Virus genome (UHGV): UHGV-0073881
Direction: 5' to 3' (one strand)
Length of the DNA: 64,000 nt
DNA from: a virus
Under the pieces are notes generated by a model. It ran no database searches. It was not told the DNA's origin and saw nothing but the letters and a program-made list of their open reading frames with translations. The translations under genes were made by a program, and so were the position numbers. Positions within the stretch are counted from its first letter, which is position 1, and each line of letters begins with the position of its first letter. Positions 50,908 through 59,870 of this stretch are shown here, piece after piece.

Positions 50908-52725
50908 ATGACTAAATCAATCTACGCAGTTCCAGCAGGTCTTAATGCAGATGCCTACAAAGCAGGTCACATCTACCAGTATCCAAGTGCTACACAGTAT
51001 TTGATGCTGAACCTTACACCTCGTGGTGATAAGTGGTTTAACAGCCCCTTAGAAGTTGACGGTGTAGTTGCTTTTGGTATCCAACGTTTTGTAAAAGACT
51101 ATCTGGTAGACCATTGGAATGCAACGTTCTTTGAGCGTGACAAGAAAGAAGCTGTTGATGAAATCTTAGAAGTTATGAATGGTGTACTTGGTGCAGATGC
51201 TATTGGTCGTGAGCATTGGGAAGAACTCCACGATTTAGGGTACTTACCCGTTGCTGTATATTCTGTTGAAGAAGGTATTGTAGTACCAATGCGTGTGCCA
51301 ATGATTGTCTTCAAAAATACTGTTGAAGGTTTCCATTGGGTAGCTGGTTATCTGGAAGATGCTTTCTCTGCTGAAATTTGGAAAGCTTGTACCATTGCAA
51401 CTATTGCGCTGCACTACAAACGTATCTGTAAGAATTGGGCTGATGTAACCTGTGATAATGACTTCCACTTACCTTGGCAGTGTCATGATTTTGCAATGCG
51501 TGGTATGTCTGGCTTCACAGATGATGCTTTTAATGCTGTAGGTCACTTGACCAGCTTTAAAGGTACTGACAGCTTCCCTGCTGTGTATACTGCTAAACGT
51601 GCTTATGGTCAGTTTATGACAATCAGTGATATTGGCAACTCTGTACCAGCAACTGAACACTCTGTGATGTGTGCAAACATTTCATGGAATAGTACATCTA
51701 AAGAAGTTAGTGATTGGCATCTTATGCAATCTGATAACCTGCTAGATGCAATGCGTTGGCGTGGCGAGGTAGACACTTTCAAACGTCTGTTAGTTGATGT
51801 TTATCCAACTGGTATTGCAAGTGTTGTTTCAGATACTTATAACTTCTGGCGTACTGTTACACAGATTCTACCAGAATTACGCGAAGTCATCCTGAACCGT
51901 GATGGTAAGTTGGTTATCCGTCCAGACTCTGGAGACCCTGTTCACATTGTAACTGGCTACAAAGCTATTGAGTGGGAAACTGCTAAGTCAATGTTCTATA
52001 AGCATATGAAGAGTCTTGCACCTGATAATACTCATCTGCATGATGCAATCTTAAATTGTGAGATGGGTGATATGGGCTTTGGCTTTGCTGCTTGGTTAGT
52101 CTCAGAAGGCTATGAGATGACAGTTGACAAAGAAGACTTTGACCATGCTGATACAGTTAACCTGATTGCCGCTCAAAAGACTGGACAGTTTACTGTTAAG
52201 CGTATGCTGACAGCAGAGATTGACGGAGCTATCAAAACTCTGTACAACATCTTTGGAGGCCACGTAAACAGCAAAGGTTACAAAGTACTGGATGAGCATA
52301 TTGGCTTAATCTACGGAGATTCTATCACTCTTGAACGTGCTGATGAGATTCTTAAGCGTCTTGCTGAGAAAGGTTTTGCAAGCTCTAACGTAGTGTTTGG
52401 CGTAGGTTCTTACACTTATCAGTATCTGACTCGTGATACCTTTGCATTTGCTGTTAAGGCTACACTTGCTCAAATGGATGGTGAAGAAATTATGCTGGCA
52501 AAAGACCCTAAAACTGACAGTGGTCTGAAGAAGTCTGCATTTGGTGGTGTAGTTCCAATGTGGGACGGTGATAAACTGGAAGCTGTAGACGGCTTAGGTT
52601 TTGCAGAGTTTGAAGGTGTCATTGATAACCCTCAGTGCGCACTGAAGCTTGTCTTCTGTGACTCACAACCATATGGTTACGTTAACCTTCGTGATGTACG
52701 AAAAGTTATTGACAACCAGATTTAA
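50908..52725 (+). CDS. nadV: nicotinamide phosphoribosyltransferase-like protein
   Basis: 605 aa; N-terminal DAYKAGHIYQYP and HDFAMRGMSG match NAMPT signatures; longer than typical NAMPT. Confidence 0.75.
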   Translation: MTKSIYAVPAGLNADAYKAGHIYQYPSATQYLMLNLTPRGDKWFNSPLEVDGVVAFGIQRFVKDYLVDHWNATFFERDKKEAVDEILEVMNGVLGADAIGREHWEELHDLGYLPVAVYSVEEGIVVPMRVPMIVFKNTVEGFHWVAGYLEDAFSAEIWKACTIATIALHYKRICKNWADVTCDNDFHLPWQCHDFAMRGMSGFTDDAFNAVGHLTSFKGTDSFPAVYTAKRAYGQFMTISDIGNSVPATEHSVMCANISWNSTSKEVSDWHLMQSDNLLDAMRWRGEVDTFKRLLVDVYPTGIASVVSDTYNFWRTVTQILPELREVILNRDGKLVIRPDSGDPVHIVTGYKAIEWETAKSMFYKHMKSLAPDNTHLHDAILNCEMGDMGFGFAAWLVSEGYEMTVDKEDFDHADTVNLIAAQKTGQFTVKRMLTAEIDGAIKTLYNIFGGHVNSKGYKVLDEHIGLIYGDSITLERADEILKRLAEKGFASSNVVFGVGSYTYQYLTRDTFAFAVKATLAQMDGEEIMLAKDPKTDSGLKKSAFGGVVPMWDGDKLEAVDGLGFAEFEGVIDNPQCALKLVFCDSQPYGYVNLRDVRKVIDNQI

Positions 52726-52740
52726 GTAAGTATTATAAGA

Positions 52741-52761
52741 GGCTCCTACGGGAGCCTTTTT
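52741..52761 (+). terminator. rho-independent terminator
   Basis: GGCTCC-TACG-GGAGCC followed by TTTTT. Confidence 0.65.
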
Positions 52762-52778
52762 AATTTCTGGAGAATGTT

Positions 52779-53000
52779 ATGAGATTTAATACAGATTTAT
52801 TTTACACAGACAGCACTGGATTCTTTGGTTGGTCTCCAGCAGCAGCTTGGCAGTTATGGTTTTCAGAAGATTACAAAGAGGATAGGCAAGTCTTTGTAAT
52901 GGACTACAAGTTCCCTGTAAAACCAACTAAACGTCAGGTTAGAAAGCTTCGTAGAGAGTTTCGTAAAGTTTGCAAAGGGGTTATTAGCTATGAAAATTAA
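52779..53000 (+). CDS. hypothetical protein
   Basis: 73-aa ORF. Confidence 0.4.
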   Translation: MRFNTDLFYTDSTGFFGWSPAAAWQLWFSEDYKEDRQVFVMDYKFPVKPTKRQVRKLRREFRKVCKGVISYEN

Positions 53001-53325
53001 GCAAATGAATATCAACATTATCTTAGAAGAACGCTGGGAAAACATCAAACGTACTGAAGATGGTCACAAGTTCATTACTAAGATTATGCAGGAAGCACAG
53101 ACTCAACTTGCTTCTGAGATTCATACAACGATTACTTTGAAGGTTTACATCAAAGGTCTGCCACAAAACCATCAAGAAGCACTTGACCTGTTCTGTGAGC
53201 ACTTCTACAATCCGAACAAAAGAATCCTTGAAGATAATTTTGCAGTCTCTTCAAGTATCGTTCATGACAGAAGTTTTATCCTGTTTAAAACTGTAGGGGA
53301 AAAGGTATGCAAGGTTATTGGTTAG
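52990..53325 (+). CDS. hypothetical protein
   Basis: 111-aa ORF. Confidence 0.4.
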   Translation: MKIKQMNINIILEERWENIKRTEDGHKFITKIMQEAQTQLASEIHTTITLKVYIKGLPQNHQEALDLFCEHFYNPNKRILEDNFAVSSSIVHDRSFILFKTVGEKVCKVIG

Positions 53326-53486
53326 AGATTGTCTTATCACTTGGTTGTATAGTTGCAATTGCAGTGCTATTATGCAGGTACTTTGCAGAAACAGAACCAT
53401 GTGAAGAGTGTGAAGGGACTGGTGTAGCAGGTATGGGGCATTGCTGCCCCTACTGCAACGGTTCTGGAAAGAAATTTAAAAAATAA
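53307..53486 (+). CDS. small membrane-anchored zinc-ribbon protein
   Basis: 59 codons, below ORF-track cutoff; RBS-like AGGGGAAAAGG; N-terminal TM helix, then CEECEG ... CCPYCNGSG; preferred over antisense ORF 53370..53597. Confidence 0.35.
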   Translation: MQGYWLEIVLSLGCIVAIAVLLCRYFAETEPCEECEGTGVAGMGHCCPYCNGSGKKFKK

Positions 53487-53487
53487 T

Positions 53488-53517
53488 TTGACATGGCTAT
53501 ACAGTTTTCTGTATAGT
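53488..53517 (+). promoter_or_regulatory. sigma70-like promoter (TTGACA-N18-TATAGT) with overlapping palindrome
   Basis: consensus -35; perfect 8-bp inverted repeat CTATACAG-tttt-CTGTATAG spans the spacer and -10; about 35 nt upstream of rIIA. Confidence 0.5.
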
Positions 53518-53550
53518 CTCTTAACCAAAACAACATAGAGGAATATAGTT

Positions 53551-55926
53551 ATGCGCATGGTAAATGACCACGCAGAAGTAATTAAGAGTTCAACCACGTT
53601 AGAGACTGCTCAAGCATCGATTACCATGACTCCTGAGATGTTTAGTCTTCTGAGTTCTGGTGTATACACACATAAGGAACGTGCTGTAATTCGTGAGCTT
53701 TCCTGTAATGCTGTAGATGCTCATGTAGAGGCTGGTAATTCAGATAAACCATTCAGGGTTCACTTACCAACTCGTTTTGAGCCTTACTTTGAAGTACGAG
53801 ATTTTGGAACTGGTTTAACACACGATAAAGTTATGTCTCTGTATCTCAACTACGGAGAATCAACAAAGAATGATTCCAACGATTATATTGGTGCAATGGG
53901 TATCGGTTCAAAGTCACCATTTGCAATTGCTCAATCATTTACTGTGTCAAGCTATGTAGATGGTGTTGTAAACAAATACTCTGTATATCTGGAAAATGGT
54001 ATTCCAAGGGTTACTAAACTGACAACTAACCCTACTGTTGAACCAAACGGTTTAGCTGTACGTGTGGCAGTTTCTGACCAACGTATCAGTAAGTTTGCAG
54101 ATGAAGCAAGTAACGTGTTCTCTTACTTCAAAGTAAAACCAGAGTGTAACATTGAGTATCGTGATATCCTTGCAGAGATGACTTCAATCTCTCGTGAAGC
54201 AAATGTCTACGATGCTATGAAGTACAAAGAGAACTGGCGTTCAAGCAATAACGTAGTTAACTTTAATGTGGTCATGGGTAATATTGCATACCCTGTTGAT
54301 GTACCAACTTTGTTCGAAGGTAACTATGCAGATGCTGTTCCACAGTTCTTCAGGAATGCAGTAGACCTTGTTAACATCTATATGCCAATCGGTTCAGTAG
54401 CTATTGCTGCATCTCGTGAAGCACTACAGATGAATGAGGCAACTAAGCAGAAGATTATTGATGCTGTTAACCGTATCACAGAGACTATTGTTGCAGATGT
54501 TATCAAGGCTGTTGCTGATAAGCCAACTTTGCTTGATGCTGCACAAGCTTACAGTGACATGTTTAAAGATTCTCGTGAAATCTTCATGCACGTTCAAAAC
54601 AAGCTTGAGTGGAATGGTCAGAACTTAGCAGAACTTGACAGAAAACTTAACAGTATTCGTCGTGGTCAGTTAACTGAAGCAGATGGTTCACCGTCATTTA
54701 TTAAGAATGATGCAGGTGATTTCATGCTTGACAAAGATGGTAATAAGATTCCTAACATTGGGAACCTGTATGAACCAGTAGCTTATTATAAGTTTAGTAG
54801 TCTTGAGAACCGTATTCGTGCAACTTCAGCCACTTATACACAAGACTCTTCAATGTTCAATATCTTCAGTGGTATGAGCAAAGATAAGCTGTATAACTAC
54901 ATGTTTATGATTAATGACCGTCGAAACAAAAACGGTACTGAGAAGACAACTGGTAAGAATCAGATTATCCGTGGAGCTTGCCGTGACCGTGAACTTGAAG
55001 AACCTATGTTCCGTCGCTACAATGGTATAGTTTTCATGTTTAGTTCTGAAGAACAATTGGATGACTTTATCAAGCTTCATATGCTGGATAAGAGCTTGCT
55101 TAATATTGTCACAATGTCTTCTAAAGAGCACCACTATGTTAAGCGTACCGTTGTACGTGGTGTTGTTAAGCTGTATAAAGCATTCATGGACAGTACACCA
55201 CGGATTGCCTATACAGAAGTGAAAGAGAACTTTGATGATATTGAAGAACCACAATATTACATCAAGGCACAAAGTGACACTGTTGTGGGTGATATCTTCA
55301 GTTGTTCCCCAGAGACAGCAGCAAAACTGACTGCTCAACTTATTGGACAACCTGTGTATGTCTTCCGTAAGGCTAACTGGAAGAAAGTACCTGAAGATTG
55401 GATTGAAATCAGTGACCAAGTTTTCAAAGATTTTATTGACAGTAGCCATTGGGTTGATTACAATCGCTACCTCACTCACCAGTACATGAGTGGAAGTAAA
55501 GGCACTAGCATTCTTGACTGTAATGTTATCTCAAGAAACTTCACCTTTAAGGATAAGAAGATTTCTAAAGGCTACGTGTACAGCAAAGACTTTGAGAAGG
55601 TAATGTTCCTTGAAGGGAATGAAGAAGCAATTGAGGATGTATTCGGTCGAATCGCCTACACTGCTGCACCTATTGCTTACATGTTTGAGACAAGTGTTTT
55701 AAATGACATTCGTCGTCACACAAAGAGCGGAAGCAAAATTAACAAGAGTCTGAAGAAAGCTAAGAACCATATGGAGAAGAAACTTGAAGTTTATTTCTCT
55801 AAAAGAAAGTCAAAAAACTTCTTGCTTTCACACCTTGATTGGAATAAAGTAAGCCCTGTTGAAGTGAGTAACTTCTTAGGTCACCAAGTCCGGTCAATCC
55901 CTTCAGATACAACTGCTTGGGACTAA
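53551..55926 (+). CDS. rIIA: rIIA-like protein
   Basis: 791 aa; N-terminus with GHKL-ATPase-like motifs (RAVIRELSCNAVDAH, RDFGTGL, SNDYIGAMGIGSKSPF) matching T4 rIIA as recalled; followed by an rIIB-like gene. Confidence 0.7.
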   Translation: MRMVNDHAEVIKSSTTLETAQASITMTPEMFSLLSSGVYTHKERAVIRELSCNAVDAHVEAGNSDKPFRVHLPTRFEPYFEVRDFGTGLTHDKVMSLYLNYGESTKNDSNDYIGAMGIGSKSPFAIAQSFTVSSYVDGVVNKYSVYLENGIPRVTKLTTNPTVEPNGLAVRVAVSDQRISKFADEASNVFSYFKVKPECNIEYRDILAEMTSISREANVYDAMKYKENWRSSNNVVNFNVVMGNIAYPVDVPTLFEGNYADAVPQFFRNAVDLVNIYMPIGSVAIAASREALQMNEATKQKIIDAVNRITETIVADVIKAVADKPTLLDAAQAYSDMFKDSREIFMHVQNKLEWNGQNLAELDRKLNSIRRGQLTEADGSPSFIKNDAGDFMLDKDGNKIPNIGNLYEPVAYYKFSSLENRIRATSATYTQDSSMFNIFSGMSKDKLYNYMFMINDRRNKNGTEKTTGKNQIIRGACRDRELEEPMFRRYNGIVFMFSSEEQLDDFIKLHMLDKSLLNIVTMSSKEHHYVKRTVVRGVVKLYKAFMDSTPRIAYTEVKENFDDIEEPQYYIKAQSDTVVGDIFSCSPETAAKLTAQLIGQPVYVFRKANWKKVPEDWIEISDQVFKDFIDSSHWVDYNRYLTHQYMSGSKGTSILDCNVISRNFTFKDKKISKGYVYSKDFEKVMFLEGNEEAIEDVFGRIAYTAAPIAYMFETSVLNDIRRHTKSGSKINKSLKKAKNHMEKKLEVYFSKRKSKNFLLSHLDWNKVSPVEVSNFLGHQVRSIPSDTTAWD

Positions 55927-55934
55927 ACAAAAGC

Positions 55935-55963
55935 TTGACTGGGGCTGAAAAGCCCCTTAGAAT
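55935..55963 (+). promoter_or_regulatory. sigma70-like promoter candidate (TTGACT-N17-TAGAAT)
   Basis: hexamers with 17-nt spacer containing hairpin GGGGCT-GAAA-AGCCCC; upstream of rIIB. Confidence 0.45.
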
Positions 55964-56004
55964 ACGAAACACAAACTTTTAAACAACAAAGAGAGATATT
56001 TAAA

Positions 56005-57123
56005 ATGACTACTAAGACTAAAGCACAAATTGATGCAGAAATCTATGCACTGGTTCAGGAAGGTAAACTGACCAAGACTGCAATTGCAATGAAGTACAAC
56101 ACTTCAACTCGTTCTGTAGGTCGTGCTGTTGAGCGTCATGAAGCAGTTCTGGCTGGTAAGAAGGGAGATTCAAAACCTGTTAAAACTCTGAAGGGTCTTG
56201 CAAAGACTGCTAAGAAAGCTAAAAAAGCTTCTGTAGCAAAACCTACCAAAGTTGCTAAAGCAGTTGAAAAGGCTGTTAAAACAGAACCAGTAAACGCACT
56301 GCATGAGGCAATGCAGAGTAATACTCAAATTGAGTACATGATTACTGGAGACTCTGTTATTATGACGTTTGGTGCAGAATCTGAGATTGTTGAATCAACT
56401 CATCCAAACTTCACAGAAATCAAATTGGCAGTTGTAGCAGGTGAGTACAAGAAAGCTTTTGAATTGATGAATATTCGTAAAGCTATCGAAAACTTTACTC
56501 AGGGTGCTATCACAATCAAAGGTGACAATCTGTACTACGGTGCTGTCCAAATGCGTTCTACTCTGGTTGACCGTATTCTGGATATGATGAAGAATGGCGA
56601 TGCAGGATTTACCCGTCTGGTAGCGTTCTTCGAAAAACTGATGGAAAACCCATCAAAAGACTCTGTAGAACAACTGTGGGGCTTCGTATCACATCTGGAC
56701 GTAGAGATTGACGAAGAAGGTTATATCATCGGTTGGAAGAAAGTCACTAGCCGTAATGGTAAGTTGTTTGACTCTCGCACCTGCAAAGTACCTAATGATT
56801 TGGGTAACATTGTAGAGATGCCTCGTTGGATGGTTGATAACAACCGTAACGTAACTTGTTCACAAGGACTGCATGTTGGTGCTTGGGATTATGTAACAAG
56901 CTTCTCAGGTGATACGATTCTGAAAGTACGTGTTCACCCACGAGATGTTGTTTCAGTACCAACTGACTACCAAGATATGAAAATGCGAGCTTCACGCTAT
57001 GAAGTAGCAGCAATTGTAAATGGTCGTCGTGAAGTTGTGAAAGAGTGGGATGGTAAAGAAGCACTCCATGTTGTTGTCGGTACTGCTGGTGAATTGATTT
57101 CTAAGCGCAACCGTGAAATCTAA
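56005..57123 (+). CDS. rIIB: rIIB-like protein
   Basis: 372 aa directly downstream of rIIA; segments GLVDRILDMM and VHPRDVVSVPTDY match rIIB as recalled from T4. Confidence 0.6.
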   Translation: MTTKTKAQIDAEIYALVQEGKLTKTAIAMKYNTSTRSVGRAVERHEAVLAGKKGDSKPVKTLKGLAKTAKKAKKASVAKPTKVAKAVEKAVKTEPVNALHEAMQSNTQIEYMITGDSVIMTFGAESEIVESTHPNFTEIKLAVVAGEYKKAFELMNIRKAIENFTQGAITIKGDNLYYGAVQMRSTLVDRILDMMKNGDAGFTRLVAFFEKLMENPSKDSVEQLWGFVSHLDVEIDEEGYIIGWKKVTSRNGKLFDSRTCKVPNDLGNIVEMPRWMVDNNRNVTCSQGLHVGAWDYVTSFSGDTILKVRVHPRDVVSVPTDYQDMKMRASRYEVAAIVNGRREVVKEWDGKEALHVVVGTAGELISKRNREI

Positions 57124-57140
57124 TCAGTAAATTCTTAAAA

Positions 57141-57164
57141 GGGCTGCTTCGGCAGCCTTTTTTA
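57141..57164 (+). terminator. rho-independent terminator
   Basis: GGGCTGC-TTCG-GCAGCC followed by TTTTTT. Confidence 0.65.
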
Positions 57165-57224
57165 TTTGTGATTTGTGCAGAATAGTGTATAATTACCCCT
57201 ATGTTTAATAAAATAGGAGAACCA

Positions 57225-57773
57225 ATGAAGAAATTCATTTTAGGTTTGTGCTTACTTTTTACAGCACAAGTAGCTGTGGCAACTGACTGCCCTGAGTTAA
57301 CTATCAGCCAGAAAGTAAACATGCTTAAAGCTTACAACTATGGCGAAAACAAAATGGGAAAAGGTTGGGGTGTTACACTTGCAGCTATAGCCTTACAAGA
57401 GTCAGAGTTAGGTCTTAACCTAGAAAATAGAAAGACACATGATTATGGCATCTTCCAGAATCACTTGAAGACTGTTGTAAAGCGTAACAAAGTTAACCCT
57501 AATGTAGCTAGGAAGAAGCTTATCAGAGACTTTCAATATGCTGCACAGGAGACTCACAAAGAGCTTGAATTCTGGACTAAGGTACATGGTACACCAAAAG
57601 GAAAGAAGTCTCTTAAGAAGGTATTAGCCTCTTACAATGCAGGGTATAACTACAGTATTCCAAAAGCTAGACAGTACTCTAAAGATGTGTATAATAACAT
57701 GCAAGTGCTTGCTCAATGTGAGTTTGCAACAAACATTCAAAAGGTAAAACATGAACGTATTAAGTCAATCTGA
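57225..57773 (+). CDS. exported lytic transglycosylase-like protein
   Basis: start at ATG 57225 (AGGAGA 5 nt upstream); signal peptide MKKFILGLCLLFTAQVAVA; SLT-like catalytic context IALQESELG ... DYGIFQ. Confidence 0.4.
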   Translation: MKKFILGLCLLFTAQVAVATDCPELTISQKVNMLKAYNYGENKMGKGWGVTLAAIALQESELGLNLENRKTHDYGIFQNHLKTVVKRNKVNPNVARKKLIRDFQYAAQETHKELEFWTKVHGTPKGKKSLKKVLASYNAGYNYSIPKARQYSKDVYNNMQVLAQCEFATNIQKVKHERIKSI

Positions 57774-58446
57774 TAGCGTCCTGTGTCATGCTTATGATAT
57801 TCAACCACTTGACTTAGGTCTTAGTGCAGCAAGCTGGACAGACTGGATGAAGGAAGATTTTGCAGATACTGCAAGGATTGTTGAGTGTGAATTTGAAGAG
57901 TTCCATTCACCAAAAGCTTTTGTCTGTTGTATAGATGTGACCACTGGAAAGGTCGTATCTGTAAAGCGTGATAGTTTGATACTTGTCGCAAAAGAATTTG
58001 ACATTAAACGTAAGATGGTACTCACTGATATTGACGGTGTGCTAACACGATTTGATAAGTCACTGAATGCAACTTACTTGCAAGATGGTACTAAATCACA
58101 GTACACCAATCTGGTTGATTCTGTTCATGCAGAAGCTACTTATGTGTTTAACATCCTGAGAGCTATCTCAAAGAATGCTGATATTGGTGTATTAACTGCT
58201 CGTGGTGATTCACAAAGAATCCCTACTGAGTTGTTTTTAAACGAACATCTTGACAGCATGTACTCACTATTTATGCGAGGATTTGGATGCAATAAGATGA
58301 GTGCAGAAAGTTTGAAAGTTCGTATGATTCAGTCTTGCATTCTCCCATACTATGACGTAGAATGCTTTATAGAAGATACAGTAAGGAATGTGCAGAAGGT
58401 TAACAGAATCCTTCCACATATTAAAACAATGATTGTTAAACACTAA
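57751..58446 (+). CDS. hypothetical protein with HAD-like motif
   Basis: 231 aa; internal LTDIDGVLT resembles HAD phosphatase motif I (DxDGxL). Confidence 0.35.
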   Translation: MNVLSQSDSVLCHAYDIQPLDLGLSAASWTDWMKEDFADTARIVECEFEEFHSPKAFVCCIDVTTGKVVSVKRDSLILVAKEFDIKRKMVLTDIDGVLTRFDKSLNATYLQDGTKSQYTNLVDSVHAEATYVFNILRAISKNADIGVLTARGDSQRIPTELFLNEHLDSMYSLFMRGFGCNKMSAESLKVRMIQSCILPYYDVECFIEDTVRNVQKVNRILPHIKTMIVKH

Positions 58447-58458
58447 GAGAGAGAAATC

Positions 58459-58923
58459 ATGCAAAACATTATCACTGTAGCAATTGATGCAACTGGTAAC
58501 AAATCACAGGTTGTACGTAACATCATCAAGGAAAACTTTGATGGTAAAATATTTCGTGCAGTAAACGTCAAAGCTGACGGAGAAATCCGTGAATATCGTG
58601 CAATGCTTAACGTTACTAAGCATGTCAAAGGTGTTGGTTCAACCACGGCACATAAAGAAAACCTGATGACTATCTATGATATGGGTATGGCTTCAGAGTT
58701 GGGTGCTGAAGGTATTGTAAAGTCTGGTGCTCCGTACCGTTCTTTCAATCTGGAAACTGCTCTTATGCTTTCCTTTACAAGTGGTGCTAAGACTACCACG
58801 TATCTCTTTACCGATGCTGCAACGGTATCGGCTATCAAGGATAGTACTATCAAGGCTGGCGTTTCTGCTGCTGCAAAAGCGTCAACGATGGCTGCAAATG
58901 TCCTTGCTAAAGTCCTCGGTTAA
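58459..58923 (+). CDS. hypothetical protein
   Basis: 154-aa ORF followed by a terminator. Confidence 0.45.
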   Translation: MQNIITVAIDATGNKSQVVRNIIKENFDGKIFRAVNVKADGEIREYRAMLNVTKHVKGVGSTTAHKENLMTIYDMGMASELGAEGIVKSGAPYRSFNLETALMLSFTSGAKTTTYLFTDAATVSAIKDSTIKAGVSAAAKASTMAANVLAKVLG

Positions 58924-58935
58924 GGTTACTATATA

Positions 58936-58956
58936 GGCTCCTTCGGGAGCCTTTTT
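58936..58956 (+). terminator. rho-independent terminator
   Basis: GGCTCC-TTCG-GGAGCC followed by TTTTT. Confidence 0.65.
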
Positions 58957-58974
58957 AAATTTCAAGGAGTACTA

Positions 58975-59859
58975 ATGAAGCCAATGTTCAAATATCTTGG
59001 TGGTAAAACAAGAATACTAAGAGAGTATGAGCGTTTAAATGTTTTTCCAAGCCACTGTAAAAACTTCTATGATTTGTTTTCAGGTGGAGGTTCAGTCGCT
59101 ATTTGGGCTTATAACAGATACCCAGAAGCAAAAATATTTATTAATGAGATAAACAAACACATTATAGGTCTTTACACAACTTTCAGAAATGACTATGAAA
59201 ACTTCATGGAAGAATTTGAGTGCTTGTCAAAGAGGTACTTAGCATTACCTATGCAGGAAGAATATGCTGTGAAAGGTCAGCGACATAAACGTTTACGCTA
59301 TAAAATGTATTACAGTGTAAGGGAGGAACTCCTTTCACTTGGTGAAACAGGTATATATGACTATAGGTACTATGCAAGACAATTTTTCCTTCAAAAACTA
59401 AGTTTTGGTGGTGTATGGCAGACCACTAAAGAAATGAAAGGTCACTACGCAACACCTTGTGGGTATTTGCTGGAAGAAGAGATTTTCTTTACAAAAACTA
59501 AAGAGTCACTATCCGAGTTCTACAGTTTTATCACCGATAAAAGGGTGATACTAAGTAGTGAGCCTTATGATATGGTTGACATAAAACATGGAGAAGGTAC
59601 AGTTATTTACTGTGACCCCCCATATATCAACACCAACCAGAAATATGGTGCAAAGTTTGACATTGAAATGTCTGTAAAACTATGTGAAAATATGATTTCT
59701 TGGGGAGAGTTAGGTTCTAAAGTTTTGATGTCAAACTCTCAGTGGGATGGATGGACAAACTTAATCCCTGAAAATTTTAACTTGACAGAGGTTAGCCATT
59801 CATACACAATACATGCACAGAGAAGCAAGGGTGTTAGCGAAGTAATTATTCATAACTAA
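58975..59859 (+). CDS. dam: DNA N6-adenine methyltransferase (Dam family)
   Basis: 294 aa; SAM-binding FxGxG (FYDLFSGGGS) and catalytic DPPY (VIYCDPPYI). Confidence 0.8.
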   Translation: MKPMFKYLGGKTRILREYERLNVFPSHCKNFYDLFSGGGSVAIWAYNRYPEAKIFINEINKHIIGLYTTFRNDYENFMEEFECLSKRYLALPMQEEYAVKGQRHKRLRYKMYYSVREELLSLGETGIYDYRYYARQFFLQKLSFGGVWQTTKEMKGHYATPCGYLLEEEIFFTKTKESLSEFYSFITDKRVILSSEPYDMVDIKHGEGTVIYCDPPYINTNQKYGAKFDIEMSVKLCENMISWGELGSKVLMSNSQWDGWTNLIPENFNLTEVSHSYTIHAQRSKGVSEVIIHN

Positions 59860-59870
59860 GGTATCAAACC

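Noticed and set aside
53370-53597. 75-aa - strand ORF across the rIIA promoter region
   Set aside because: Would run antisense through the promoter and the rIIA start; the + strand 59-codon ORF at 53307..53486 with an RBS is more plausible.
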